From contig JBBIRK010000008.1 in assembly GCA_037441845.1 (NCBI GenBank), forward strand, positions 1 through 64,000: a stretch of 64,000 nt of DNA. The letters run 5' to 3'. This document shows, one piece after another, positions 1 to 9,413 of the stretch. Each line of letters begins with the position of its first letter. Position 1 is the stretch's first letter. The translations under genes and the position numbers were made by a program. Under the pieces are notes generated by a model. The model was not told the DNA's origin, ran no database searches, and worked only from the letters and a program-made list of their open reading frames with translations. Source of the stretch: Candidatus Zixiibacteriota bacterium (lineage in GTDB: Bacteria > Zixibacteria > MSB-5A5 > UBA10806 > 4484-95).

Positions 1-19
1 GGTCTTGCGTTAAACAAGA

Positions 20-38
20 ACCGCTGAAATCAGCGGAT
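20..38 (-). terminator. Hairpin downstream of tRNA-Asn, possible terminator
   Basis: Inverted repeat CCGCTGA-AA-TCAGCGG at 21-36, followed on the minus strand by TTCTTGTTT. Confidence 0.4.
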
Positions 39-45
39 TGAATTT

Positions 46-121
46 TGGCTCCCCGGGCCGGGCTCGAACCAGCGACCCAGTGGTTAACAGCCACTTGCTC
101 TGCCAACTGAGCTACCGGGGA
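46..121 (-). tRNA. tRNA-Asn (GTT)
   Basis: Reverse complement TCCCCGGTAGCTCAGTTGGCAGAGCAAGTGGCTGTTAACCACTGGGTCGCTGGTTCGAGCCCGGCCCGGGGAGCCA: cloverleaf, GTT anticodon, TTCGA T-loop, encoded CCA, U1-A72 pair. Confidence 0.97.
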
Positions 122-213
122 ATATATGCACTATCGAGAAGCTATAATAAACATCCGCAGCTTTTTGTCAAGACCCAATTCATCCGCAACCGCACCGGCC
201 CCAGCGCCGTCTT

Positions 214-399
214 CTATCTTTTCCTCCGCTGATTCAAATACAAAACCAGCCCCAATACCCCTATCGCTGTCAAGCCCAGCCCGACGATGATCGACAGAAA
301 GTCGCCGAGGCCCGCGTGCAAATGCGATAGATAATGGACAACCATGAAAATCCCCAGCAGACCGAACACGACGGTTATCAGCAATTGCAAAGGCTTCAT
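214..399 (-). CDS. Small membrane protein with two hydrophobic helices
   Basis: 61 aa, two hydrophobic stretches, basic C-terminus, GGAG before ATG. Confidence 0.6.
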   Translation of the reverse strand: MKPLQLLITVVFGLLGIFMVVHYLSHLHAGLGDFLSIIVGLGLTAIGVLGLVLYLNQRRKR

Positions 400-475
400 A
401 AGTCTCCATTATCCCGCTATAAATAATATATCGGCATATTCGGGCGGCACATTGAACGCATGTCAACCGAATCAC

Positions 476-1882
476 CTATAGTCTCAGTTTCCCCACGAAC
501 TCATCGACTTCCGGGACGCCGCCCTGCAAGATCAGATATCCATCGAACGGTTCCCTTTCGGTGATTTCGCCCGCGATCGGAGTCAGCATCAGCTCTTTAA
601 CTTTTTCCGGATCGCTGGTGTGCCCCAGCGCCCAACCCAGTTTGACATAGGCGACCTCGGGCAACATATTGCCGGCCGGCACCACTCCCATATGCATCAG
701 GTCACGGCCGGTGTCATAGACGAACATCTGCACGTAACCCCAGAGCGTCTGCACGGTCATGTAAACCGCCACGCCTTTAGCCACCGCCTTGCGCAACGGC
801 TCGTAAAGCGGCTTGTTGACATGTCCCAATCCCGTACCGGCGATAACGATTCCCTTATAACCGTTATCTACCAAGCTTTCGATAATATCCGGCTGCATGT
901 TCGGGTAATAATATACGATCGAGACTTTTTCCTCGAACGCGGCATCGATTTTCACCTGGCGATCGCCGCGACGCCGTTTGATATCGGTTTTAATCGGGGT
1001 CATCTTGCCGGGTTCCACCATCGCCAACGGCACATCGCCTATAGTGCGAAAAGTCGATCGATAAGACGAGTGCATCTTGCGCACCCGGGTGCCGCGATGA
1101 AGCAGGTTGTATTTATCCGAGGTCGGGCCGAACATGCAGACCATCACCTCCGCTATATCGGCATAGGCGGCAGTCCAGACCGCGCACCGTAAATTGAACG
1201 CGGCATCCGACGAGGGCCTGTCGGAGGAGCGTTGAGAGCCGACCATGACGATCGGAATCGGTGAATTTTGCACCATGAAAGAAAGTATCGCCGCGGTGTG
1301 ATGCATAGTGTCGGTGCCGTGGCCGATAACGATTCCGTCGACACCGTTTTCGATCTCACGACCGATCGCCTGAGCCAGACTGATCCACTGCTCAGGTCCC
1401 ATATTTTCGGAAAAAATCCCGAATAGTTTTTCCGTTTTCAGATTGCAGATATCGGCAAGTTCCGGCACCGCTCCATAAAGTTCGCCCGGGGTGAACGCCG
1501 GTATCACCGCGCCGGTGCGATAATCCAGACGCGAGGCTATAGTCCCGCCGGTCCCCAAAAGCGTCACGTTCGGTTTCCGGGCATCGCTGGGGAACTCTTT
1601 CTCCGGGATTTTGTAATGAGCTTCTTTATAGCCGACTTCTTTGGCCTCGATAATAGTTTCGGCCCTTATGCCTATGTTGTAACCGTTATGCATCTTGATC
1701 ACTATATGACGATCGTCCGCGGTTTCCGAGCGCGGCAGTATGACGCCTTTGAAAACACCCTTATCGGTTTTGATCTCCACATCGGACCATACCCGCACCC
1801 CGGTTTCTTTGAGTTTCGCCAGAGAAACACCCCTGTAACCTTTATAAACCTCCGAATCGGTCGCCGCTTGTTTCTTGGGCAT
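476..1882 (-). CDS. gatD: Glu-tRNA(Gln) amidotransferase subunit D (archaeal-type GatD)
   Basis: N-terminal GatD domain (GVILPR...HIVIKMHNGYNIG) followed by asparaginase motifs TGGTIASRLDYRTGAV, HGTDT, GSQRSSDRPSSD, RKMHSS, MLPEVAYVKLGW. Confidence 0.9.
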   Translation of the reverse strand: MPKKQAATDSEVYKGYRGVSLAKLKETGVRVWSDVEIKTDKGVFKGVILPRSETADDRHIVIKMHNGYNIGIRAETIIEAKEVGYKEAHYKIPEKEFPSDARKPNVTLLGTGGTIASRLDYRTGAVIPAFTPGELYGAVPELADICNLKTEKLFGIFSENMGPEQWISLAQAIGREIENGVDGIVIGHGTDTMHHTAAILSFMVQNSPIPIVMVGSQRSSDRPSSDAAFNLRCAVWTAAYADIAEVMVCMFGPTSDKYNLLHRGTRVRKMHSSYRSTFRTIGDVPLAMVEPGKMTPIKTDIKRRRGDRQVKIDAAFEEKVSIVYYYPNMQPDIIESLVDNGYKGIVIAGTGLGHVNKPLYEPLRKAVAKGVAVYMTVQTLWGYVQMFVYDTGRDLMHMGVVPAGNMLPEVAYVKLGWALGHTSDPEKVKELMLTPIAGEITEREPFDGYLILQGGVPEVDEFVGKLRL

Positions 1883-2033
1883 CTTGAATTCCTTCTCCTG
1901 ATTTGATCCAACCCGAGCGAATCTAATTCCGTTAACGGCAGATTACAACATTGATTTTTAATCAGTGGGATACAATTTTAGCGGCCGATGCCGACGCCCG
2001 GGGAAAAATGGCGTCTCCGTGGTCGCGAAGACA

Positions 2034-2798
2034 TTAGATTTTTTCGGCCACGATAATCATGCGCCCCGAAGCCGTGGAAAAAGGGGTGCCCTGCCAATCA
2101 CCGTAAGCCGCCCGTATGTTCAAGCCGGCTCTCGAAAGTAGATCGCGCAGCTCGGTGTAGTTGTAAAGTCTCACGAAAAAGCGCATGTTTTTTCTTTTTC
2201 CCCGGCGGATAATTATCCTTTCCACGCATAAATTACCGGTAACGCTGTCGAATCGGTTGTGATCGAGCATCAGATCGATTCCCTGTTGGGCCACGTTCCA
2301 GGTCGAATATAATTTAAGAAACATATCGCGATTGAAAGTGTCAAAACAGAAAAGACCGTTGCGGCGAAGCGATCGTGGGATGTTTTTCAGAACAACGAAA
2401 TTTTCGTTGTCGGTGAAATAGCCGAATGCGGTGAAAATCAGCAGAACCCGATCGAATTATCCTCTGAATTTGATTTTTTGCCTATCGCCCTCGCGGAAAT
2501 CGATTTTCACTTTTGCTTGCTCAGCCATTTTGCGGGCGATTTTCAAAAATCCGGGAGTTATGTCTATGCCGGTCACCAGATGGCCCAGCCGAGCCAAGTG
2601 AATCGAATGCCGGCCATGCCCGCAGGCAAGGTCCAGAACTTTGCAGGGTTCGGACATTTCCAAATGAGAAATGAAAAAGGCCACCTGTTTTTCCGACAAA
2701 TCATCGCCGACCGACCGCCGATAAAAATGCAGGTAATCGCGCGGATTAAACACCGCTTTGAAATCGAATCCGAATTTTTCAAAATCGACTTTCGTCAT
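2034..2798 (-). pseudogene. Class I SAM-dependent methyltransferase interrupted by an in-frame TAA
   Basis: VLDLACGHGRH motif; ORFs 2457-2798 and 2034-2324 are in one frame; sequence reads KFRG*FDRVLLIFTAFGYF across TAA at 2457-2459. Confidence 0.8.
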
Positions 2799-2898
2799 TT
2801 TCGCATTGATAGCTTATACGCTGTCCGCAAAAGTTGCGGGTGATTCCGACCGGCTTTCCGATCCGTTAGAATAATTCCAAACGCTGGATCTTTATCGA

Positions 2899-3792
2899 TT
2901 ATCCGAATGTTACCAGAAAAACGCCCGCTACCGCAACGATTATCGCGATCCCTCTTTTGGCGTTTATCGGTTCTTTGAGAAAAACCGCCCCCAACACGAA
3001 AATAAGCAGATTGCTGGTCTGGTTCAAGGCCGAGGCTATCGATGCCTTGGTGAATTTCATGCCGGCCAACCAGAATATCATCGAGAGATAAGCGCCGCAA
3101 ATCGATCCGGAAATCACGAATATCCAGGCCCGGGATATCTTGAGAGTGTTCCATATCGGCTTTCTTTGCCGATGGAAAGCAAAAACAAATCCGAGAAGAG
3201 CCAGACCGCCAACCAATCTGATTTCGGTAAGCCATACCAGCGGCAATCGGCCGAGAAGCGGTTTGACTATAACGATCCCGACAGCCATGGCGATCACCGC
3301 CAGCACGCTGAAAAACGTTCCCCAAAATAGATGCGAACGGCTTAAACGATTCGGGCTTTTTTCGTAAGTCGCCAGAAGAACCGCCCCGACTATAAAAAGC
3401 ACGCCCGCATATTGCCAGAAATTCAGCCGTTCGCCCAGCCAGATCATCGAAAGGATGATGACGAACGGGCTGTATAGACAATCGACTATCGCCTGCAACC
3501 CCGCGCCGAGCAGATTAAGCCCTTTGAAAAATAAAGTGTCGCCGATACCGATGCCGATCGCTCCGCTGGACAAAAGAATGAAATAGTCGTTTTTCGACGC
3601 GTCAGCCGGGCTGATTTCGCCCAAAATGAACATCGTCGGCAGAAACAAGACGACTGCCAGTATATCTTTGAACAGGTTCAGAGCCAAAGGGTGCACGGTT
3701 TCTCCCCCTTTACGAAACAGAATCACCGCGCCTGCCCAAGCGAATGCGCATAAAAGCGAAAATATCTCACCCAGGTAGGGAATTGTAGTCAT
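2899..3792 (-). CDS. DMT/EamA family transporter
   Basis: 297 aa, about 10 TM helices in two repeats (LGERL, FLKEPI). Confidence 0.88.
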   Translation of the reverse strand: MTTIPYLGEIFSLLCAFAWAGAVILFRKGGETVHPLALNLFKDILAVVLFLPTMFILGEISPADASKNDYFILLSSGAIGIGIGDTLFFKGLNLLGAGLQAIVDCLYSPFVIILSMIWLGERLNFWQYAGVLFIVGAVLLATYEKSPNRLSRSHLFWGTFFSVLAVIAMAVGIVIVKPLLGRLPLVWLTEIRLVGGLALLGFVFAFHRQRKPIWNTLKISRAWIFVISGSICGAYLSMIFWLAGMKFTKASIASALNQTSNLLIFVLGAVFLKEPINAKRGIAIIVAVAGVFLVTFG

Positions 3793-3887
3793 CGCATCTT
3801 TCTTTCACCGATCAACCGCTCTTAACCAATATCGATCGGTTAATATATACTATCGAATTCGCTTGTGTCAGGATTAAAACATAGGAG

Positions 3888-4082
3888 TCATGACGAAAAT
3901 CGTCGGTTGATTTCGCCCATTATTTTATCGAGGTCGAGCTGTTTACGGGCGATCAATTCACCGAGCGTTCCCCAGAAAGGTTCGCCGCATAACACGCAAA
4001 CTACGCCCCGTTCCATCAAAAAGGCGTTGAGGTCGGGGTATTTTTCGAGCAGATCTTCGATTCTGTCATCGGGGGTGATCAT
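3888..4082 (-). CDS. DUF1858-like small protein
   Basis: ITPDDRIEDLLEKYP...GVVCVLCGEP...TLGE pattern; start taken at the second Met. Confidence 0.7.
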   Translation of the reverse strand: MITPDDRIEDLLEKYPDLNAFLMERGVVCVLCGEPFWGTLGELIARKQLDLDKIMGEINRRFSS

Positions 4083-4114
4083 TAGGGGAATCCAGTCATC
4101 GGTCCGATTCGTTA

Positions 4115-6691
4115 TCAATATTGCTGTCCGGCGGGGTTGATCCAGCGCATCGATTCCAAATCGAAGTGATCGACCAGATCGGGATGATAGGGCATTATCC
4201 GGATCGAGTAACCGAAACGGCCGCTTTCGTCGCAGGGGATGAAACCCTCATATTTCCAGACACCGGATCCGATTTCTTTGACCGCGTTCATCGTTTCGCT
4301 GTTGCCGCCGTCGATTTCGAAATTCGAATCGAGGCGGCCGGTGTAGATCTGCACCAATACGTCCGATGGTTTCAACTGGCCGAGCGCAACCTCGGCCTCG
4401 ATTTTCAAGGCGAACCCCACCTCGACTTCCGACCGTTGAACCGTGGAGTTTTGTATGCGGACGCCTCCCCAATGATCCAACACGTGCTTTTTCCACTTCG
4501 CCAAATTCTGGGCGACCGCGAAATTGTCGGCCGAAAGTTTTTTCCAGTTTTTGTAGGCTGCCACATAGAATTTTTCCGAATATTCCTGAACCATCCGGTT
4601 GGTGCTGAACACGGGACAGAGCTTCATCATCGAACTTTTCATCATGGCGATCCATTCCCGCGGGATACCATCGGTGCTGCGGTTGTAGAACAAGGGGATC
4701 ACGTCTTTTTCGAGTATGTCGTATAAAGCCTTGCTCTCGACCTCGTCCTGATAATTTTGGTCCGAATATTCCTCGCCGGCACCGATCGCCCAGCCGGTAT
4801 CCTGCTCGTATCCCTCGCACCACCATCCGTCTAGGACGCTGAGATTAAGGCCGCCGTTGGGGACGACTTTCATGCCGCTGGTACCACTGGCCTCCAGCGG
4901 ACGACGGGGATTGTTCAACCAGACGTCTACACCTTGCACGAGATATCTGGCGACGTTCATGTCGTAGTTCTCGATAAATACGATATGCCTTCGCACTTCT
5001 TCATAGCGGGCGAAATGCACGATTTGCCTGATCAGCTCCTTTCCGCCGTTGTCGCGCGGGTGAGCCTTGCCGGCGAAAATGATTTGAACCGGGCAATCTT
5101 TGTTATTCAGTATCCTCTTCAGCCGTTCGGGGTCGCGAAGCAGCAAAGTGGCGCGCTTGTAGGTGGCAAATCGCCGGGCGAATCCGATAGTGAGAGCTTC
5201 GGGATTGAGCACCTCGAGCGCGTGGTTTATTTCTCTCGACGGCGACCCGCGGCGCCGCAACTGGTCGGCCAGGCGCTCGCGGATGAAAGCCACCAGCCTT
5301 TCACGCCGCCTCTCGTGAATGCGCCAGAGTTCGATATCGGGTATCCGCCTGACATTGTTCCAGATCGTCGGATCACCGGGTTTTTTCAGCCAGTTGGGCC
5401 CCAAATATCGATTGAACAATTCGGACATCTCAAAAGAAATCCAGGACCGGATATGAACGCCGTTGGTGACATGATCTATCGGAATCTCTTTGATCGGCAC
5501 TTCCGGCCAGATCGATCGCCACATATTGCGCGATACTTTGCCGTGAAGTTCGCTGACGCCGTTGGCATAGGCCGTCGTTCGCAGCGCCAACAAAGCCATA
5601 TTGAACGGCTCATGCGGATTGCGGGGGTTTCTCCGCCCCAGGCCCAGGAAAGTTTCTTTGCCGATCCCCGCTTGATCGAGCAGATGGCCGACGTATTTTT
5701 CCACCAGCGCTTGGTCGAATTCATCGATTCCTGCGGGCACCGGTGTGTGGGTGGTGAAAACCGTTCCGGCGCGGGTGATATCGATCGCCTCCTCCACCGA
5801 AATGTTACTTGTATTCTTGCGATGTCGGATTCTTTCGAGAGCAAGAAAAGCCGCATGACCTTCGTTGATATGGCATACTCTGACATGATAATCGAGTCGG
5901 CGCAGCGTCCGCATCCCACCCACACCTAAAATCAGCTCCTGCTGGATTCTGGTTTCGTTGTCGCCTCCGTAAAGCTGATAGGTGATATTGCGATCCCTGT
6001 CGGAATTCGGAAAGGTGTTGGTGTCGAGCAAATACAGAGGGATTCTGCCCACCTGGGCTTTCCAAACCCGGCAATAAACGACCCGGCCGGGAAATTGAAT
6101 ATCGATTAGAATCGGCTTGCCCTCGCTGTCGAGCACGGGAGTAATCGGCAAATTGAAAAAATCGTTGTCGGGATAGGTCTCTTGCTGCCAACCATCGGCG
6201 TTGAGATACTGCTGAAAATAACCTTGTTGATAAAGCAGACCGATTCCCACCACCGGCACTCCCAGGTCGCTGCACGATTTCAGGTAATCGCCGGCCAATA
6301 TGCCGAGACCGCCGGAATAGATCGGCAGACAATCGGTAATGCCGAACTCCATCGAGAAATAAGCAATCTTCGGTCCCTCGAACTTGCCGTATTTGCTTTC
6401 GAACCAGGAGGGACTTTTCAGATATTCCTGCAATCCATTGTAGATTCTGGCGAGCTCGGCCATGAAACCTTCGTCGTTCATCGCCTGGGCGAGCGTATCC
6501 TGTTTTATCAGCCCGAGCATCTTGACGGGATTATGGCCAGACGAATTCCATAGATCCGAGTCAAGTCGCCTGAACAGCTCGATGGTCTGCTGGTTCCAGG
6601 TCCAGTGCAGATTATAGGCGATTTCTTCCAACGGAGCCAACGGCTTCGGCAGAGTAGCCTTTACCTGAAAAGTATTATACGCTTTGGGCAT
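4115..6691 (-). CDS. glgP: Alpha-glucan (glycogen) phosphorylase
   Basis: YFSMEFG, YSGGLGILAGD, FARRFATYKR, EASGTSGMK (PLP lysine). Confidence 0.95.
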   Translation of the reverse strand: MPKAYNTFQVKATLPKPLAPLEEIAYNLHWTWNQQTIELFRRLDSDLWNSSGHNPVKMLGLIKQDTLAQAMNDEGFMAELARIYNGLQEYLKSPSWFESKYGKFEGPKIAYFSMEFGITDCLPIYSGGLGILAGDYLKSCSDLGVPVVGIGLLYQQGYFQQYLNADGWQQETYPDNDFFNLPITPVLDSEGKPILIDIQFPGRVVYCRVWKAQVGRIPLYLLDTNTFPNSDRDRNITYQLYGGDNETRIQQELILGVGGMRTLRRLDYHVRVCHINEGHAAFLALERIRHRKNTSNISVEEAIDITRAGTVFTTHTPVPAGIDEFDQALVEKYVGHLLDQAGIGKETFLGLGRRNPRNPHEPFNMALLALRTTAYANGVSELHGKVSRNMWRSIWPEVPIKEIPIDHVTNGVHIRSWISFEMSELFNRYLGPNWLKKPGDPTIWNNVRRIPDIELWRIHERRRERLVAFIRERLADQLRRRGSPSREINHALEVLNPEALTIGFARRFATYKRATLLLRDPERLKRILNNKDCPVQIIFAGKAHPRDNGGKELIRQIVHFARYEEVRRHIVFIENYDMNVARYLVQGVDVWLNNPRRPLEASGTSGMKVVPNGGLNLSVLDGWWCEGYEQDTGWAIGAGEEYSDQNYQDEVESKALYDILEKDVIPLFYNRSTDGIPREWIAMMKSSMMKLCPVFSTNRMVQEYSEKFYVAAYKNWKKLSADNFAVAQNLAKWKKHVLDHWGGVRIQNSTVQRSEVEVGFALKIEAEVALGQLKPSDVLVQIYTGRLDSNFEIDGGNSETMNAVKEIGSGVWKYEGFIPCDESGRFGYSIRIMPYHPDLVDHFDLESMRWINPAGQQY

Positions 6692-6916
6692 CCGGTCCTC
6701 TTCTTTGTTTCATAACCTTGTTCACTACGGCATGCTCGCCGCCAAAAGTCGGCTGACTCGAAAAAACACGCCTTATCATCAATATCGACAGCGACCGCGA
6801 AATCTTTCTCGGTTGAATTTCCTATCGAAACGATCGGAAAGCATCGCTTGCAATTTTCGAAAATCGATTCGGGGCGCACCCGGCATCGTAATATCTTTGC
6901 AGTCATTCGGGATTAT

Positions 6917-8473
6917 TCAGATTTTCAGTTTACGGAGCCTTGCCGCTGATTTCTCCATGGTTCGGCGATATTCTTCGAACCCGGGCTTGCCAGCCAAAGC
7001 GAACATGGCCTTTTTATAGGCCTCGACTCCGGGCTGGATAAATGGATTTATGCCAGCCATATATCCCGAAACCGCGGCCGACAGCTCCATCATGAAATAA
7101 AGCTGGCCGATATTGTATGCGTTTCTCGCCGGGAAATCTATCGTCATGTTCGGCACGCCTCCTTCCAGGTGAGCGTAAGCCGGACCATCGATAACCAGGT
7201 CGTTTACGAAATTGAGACTTCGACGGTTGTCCGACAAGAAGTTCAAACCGTCGAGATTTTCAGGATCGGGCGGTATCGGCATTTCGTTGTCGTGTCGGCG
7301 AAGACGCAGGAACGTCTCTATAAATATCCGCGGCCCATCCTGAACCATCTGGCCGTTGGCGTGGAGCTTTTCCGAGTAAAGCGACGGCGACACCCACAGG
7401 CCGTTTCCCCGCTGCCCTTCGCTTTCCGGAAACAATTGCTCCATCCAGCGCGCCAAGTGAATCAGGTGCGTGGAGTTGCTGGCAATGACCTCTATCGATT
7501 TGCCTTTTATGAACGAGAGATAGCGGACGGCGGCGTGAACCAAAGCCGGGTTTTTCCAAAAATCGTCGGTTGTGGTACGCTGTTTCATCGTCCGAAAGCC
7601 GGCCAGAAATTCGGCGATATCCACGCCGGCGACCGCCAACCCGAACAGCCCGACATCCGACAGCACCGAATACCTGCCGCCTATATTATCAGGAATCACG
7701 AAGGTTCGGTATCTTTTCTTCTCGGCCAAACTCCGCAAAGCCCCCCGCGTTTTGTCGGTGGTGGCGATTATGTAATCGGCGGCCTTTTGGCCGGCCCACT
7801 TTTCGACTAGCTGACGCAGGATTCGAAAAGCTATGGCGGTCTCCGTCGTGGTCCCCGATTTGGAAATGACATTTATACCCACCCGTTTTCCCTGCAATAA
7901 ATCAAGAGAATCCCGATAAAAATCGGGATCGAGATTCTGCCCCATAAAATAAATTTCGGGGACATCGCCCCGATCGGCGCGCGAAAGCTGATTAAAATGG
8001 GTATGGGTCAGGGCTTTGAAAGTCGCCTCGATACCCAGATACGATCCCCCTATACCGAGCGAAACAAAAGCGTCGACATCGTTTCGGAATTGCCGGGCGG
8101 CGGCTATGATTTCGGCAACATGCTCGTCGGTTATTTCATCGGGAAGGGTGTACCAACCGAGCATAGGGATTCCGTTGTCAAGGCAGTTGCCTTTCTTCGT
8201 CTCGATCAGCTTTTTCATTTCGACCGCCCGCAAGCCGATCGCAGACAATTCATCCTCGCCGATAAACGATTCGCCGTCGGCGGCGTTCACGATATTGGTG
8301 ATATCGAGTTCGATCCTATTGTCGTCGATGAAATTTTGATCCGGGCGGAATCCCGGTGAATTGGTCGCCCGTTTCCGTTGGTTTTGAATCGTTTTATTCG
8401 GGCCGAGTTGGGCGGTATCGAGTCCGTCGCCCTGCAATGGATATTCCTTCCCGTCCAAGGCCGCAGATTTCAC
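6917..8473 (-). CDS. pgi: Glucose-6-phosphate isomerase (start uncertain; TTG at 8437 possible)
   Basis: GIGGSYLG, SKSGTTTET, GGRYSVLS, QPGVEAYK. Confidence 0.92.
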   Translation of the reverse strand: MKSAALDGKEYPLQGDGLDTAQLGPNKTIQNQRKRATNSPGFRPDQNFIDDNRIELDITNIVNAADGESFIGEDELSAIGLRAVEMKKLIETKKGNCLDNGIPMLGWYTLPDEITDEHVAEIIAAARQFRNDVDAFVSLGIGGSYLGIEATFKALTHTHFNQLSRADRGDVPEIYFMGQNLDPDFYRDSLDLLQGKRVGINVISKSGTTTETAIAFRILRQLVEKWAGQKAADYIIATTDKTRGALRSLAEKKRYRTFVIPDNIGGRYSVLSDVGLFGLAVAGVDIAEFLAGFRTMKQRTTTDDFWKNPALVHAAVRYLSFIKGKSIEVIASNSTHLIHLARWMEQLFPESEGQRGNGLWVSPSLYSEKLHANGQMVQDGPRIFIETFLRLRRHDNEMPIPPDPENLDGLNFLSDNRRSLNFVNDLVIDGPAYAHLEGGVPNMTIDFPARNAYNIGQLYFMMELSAAVSGYMAGINPFIQPGVEAYKKAMFALAGKPGFEEYRRTMEKSAARLRKLKI

Positions 8474-9393
8474 GCTTTGCCCGCGCTGCCGAGCAAAGTG
8501 ATTTTGCTTTTTATGATTTCTTTTATCGCCTGGCGCGCCGGGCCGAGGATTTTCCTTGGGTCTATCTCTTGGGGACTTTCGGCCAGCACCTGTCTGACCT
8601 CGGCCACGAATGTCAGGCGCAAATCGGTATCGATATTGATTTTATTTATGCCGCATTCGACCGCTTTTCGATACGCTTCGTCGGGCAATCCTTTGGCGCC
8701 CGGCAGTTTGCCGCCGTATTTGGCGATTTTCTGGGTCAAAGATTCGGGAACGCCGCTTGCCCCATGCAACACGAGCGGTATCTTGGTCATCTTTTTTATC
8801 AGAGCTATGCGCTCGAAATCGAGTTTCGCCTCGCCTTTGAACTTATAGGCTCCGTGGCTGGTGCCGACAGCCACCGCCAAAGCGTCGACACCTGTTTTTT
8901 GGGCGAATTCAACGGCTTGCGCCGGATCCGTAAGATGAGCATCCTTGGCGTCAACATTGACTTCATCTTCGATTCCACCCAGGCGGCCGAGTTCCGCCTC
9001 GACACTGACATCATGAGCATGAGCGTATTCCACAACGCGGGCCGTCAATTCGATATTTTTTTCGAAAGGCAGATGTGATCCGTCGATCATCACCGAGGTG
9101 AAACCGGCATCGACACAGTTGCGCGCATCCTCGAAAGTCGCCCCGTGATCAAGATGCAAGACCACGGGCACCGGTGCTTTTGCCGCACCAGCTTTGACGA
9201 TAGCGATCAGATAATCCATACCGGCGTATTTTATGGCGCTGGTCGATGCCGCCAGGATTATCGGAGCTTTGACCTCCGTGGCCGCCTCTATGGCAGCCTG
9301 GACGAATTCGAGATTATTGACGTTGAACTGGCCGATAGCGTATCTCGATCTATCGGCGGCGGGATATAATCTTTTCAGCGATTCGAGCGGCAT
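8470..9393 (-). CDS. fba: Class II fructose-1,6-bisphosphate aldolase
   Basis: HLDHG, FTSVMIDGS, EAELG, GTSHGAYK, LVLHGASG, KINIDTD. Confidence 0.95.
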   Translation of the reverse strand: MPLESLKRLYPAADRSRYAIGQFNVNNLEFVQAAIEAATEVKAPIILAASTSAIKYAGMDYLIAIVKAGAAKAPVPVVLHLDHGATFEDARNCVDAGFTSVMIDGSHLPFEKNIELTARVVEYAHAHDVSVEAELGRLGGIEDEVNVDAKDAHLTDPAQAVEFAQKTGVDALAVAVGTSHGAYKFKGEAKLDFERIALIKKMTKIPLVLHGASGVPESLTQKIAKYGGKLPGAKGLPDEAYRKAVECGINKINIDTDLRLTFVAEVRQVLAESPQEIDPRKILGPARQAIKEIIKSKITLLGSAGKA

Positions 9394-9413
9394 TTCATTC
9401 CTTCTATTAAGGT

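Noticed and set aside
46..121. tRNA as an integration site for an island
   Set aside because: No integrase or duplicated tRNA 3' end is visible; only 45 nt downstream lie in the window
2457..2459. Stop-codon recoding (Sec/Pyl or alternative code)
   Set aside because: The codon is TAA, which terminates many other genes in the window
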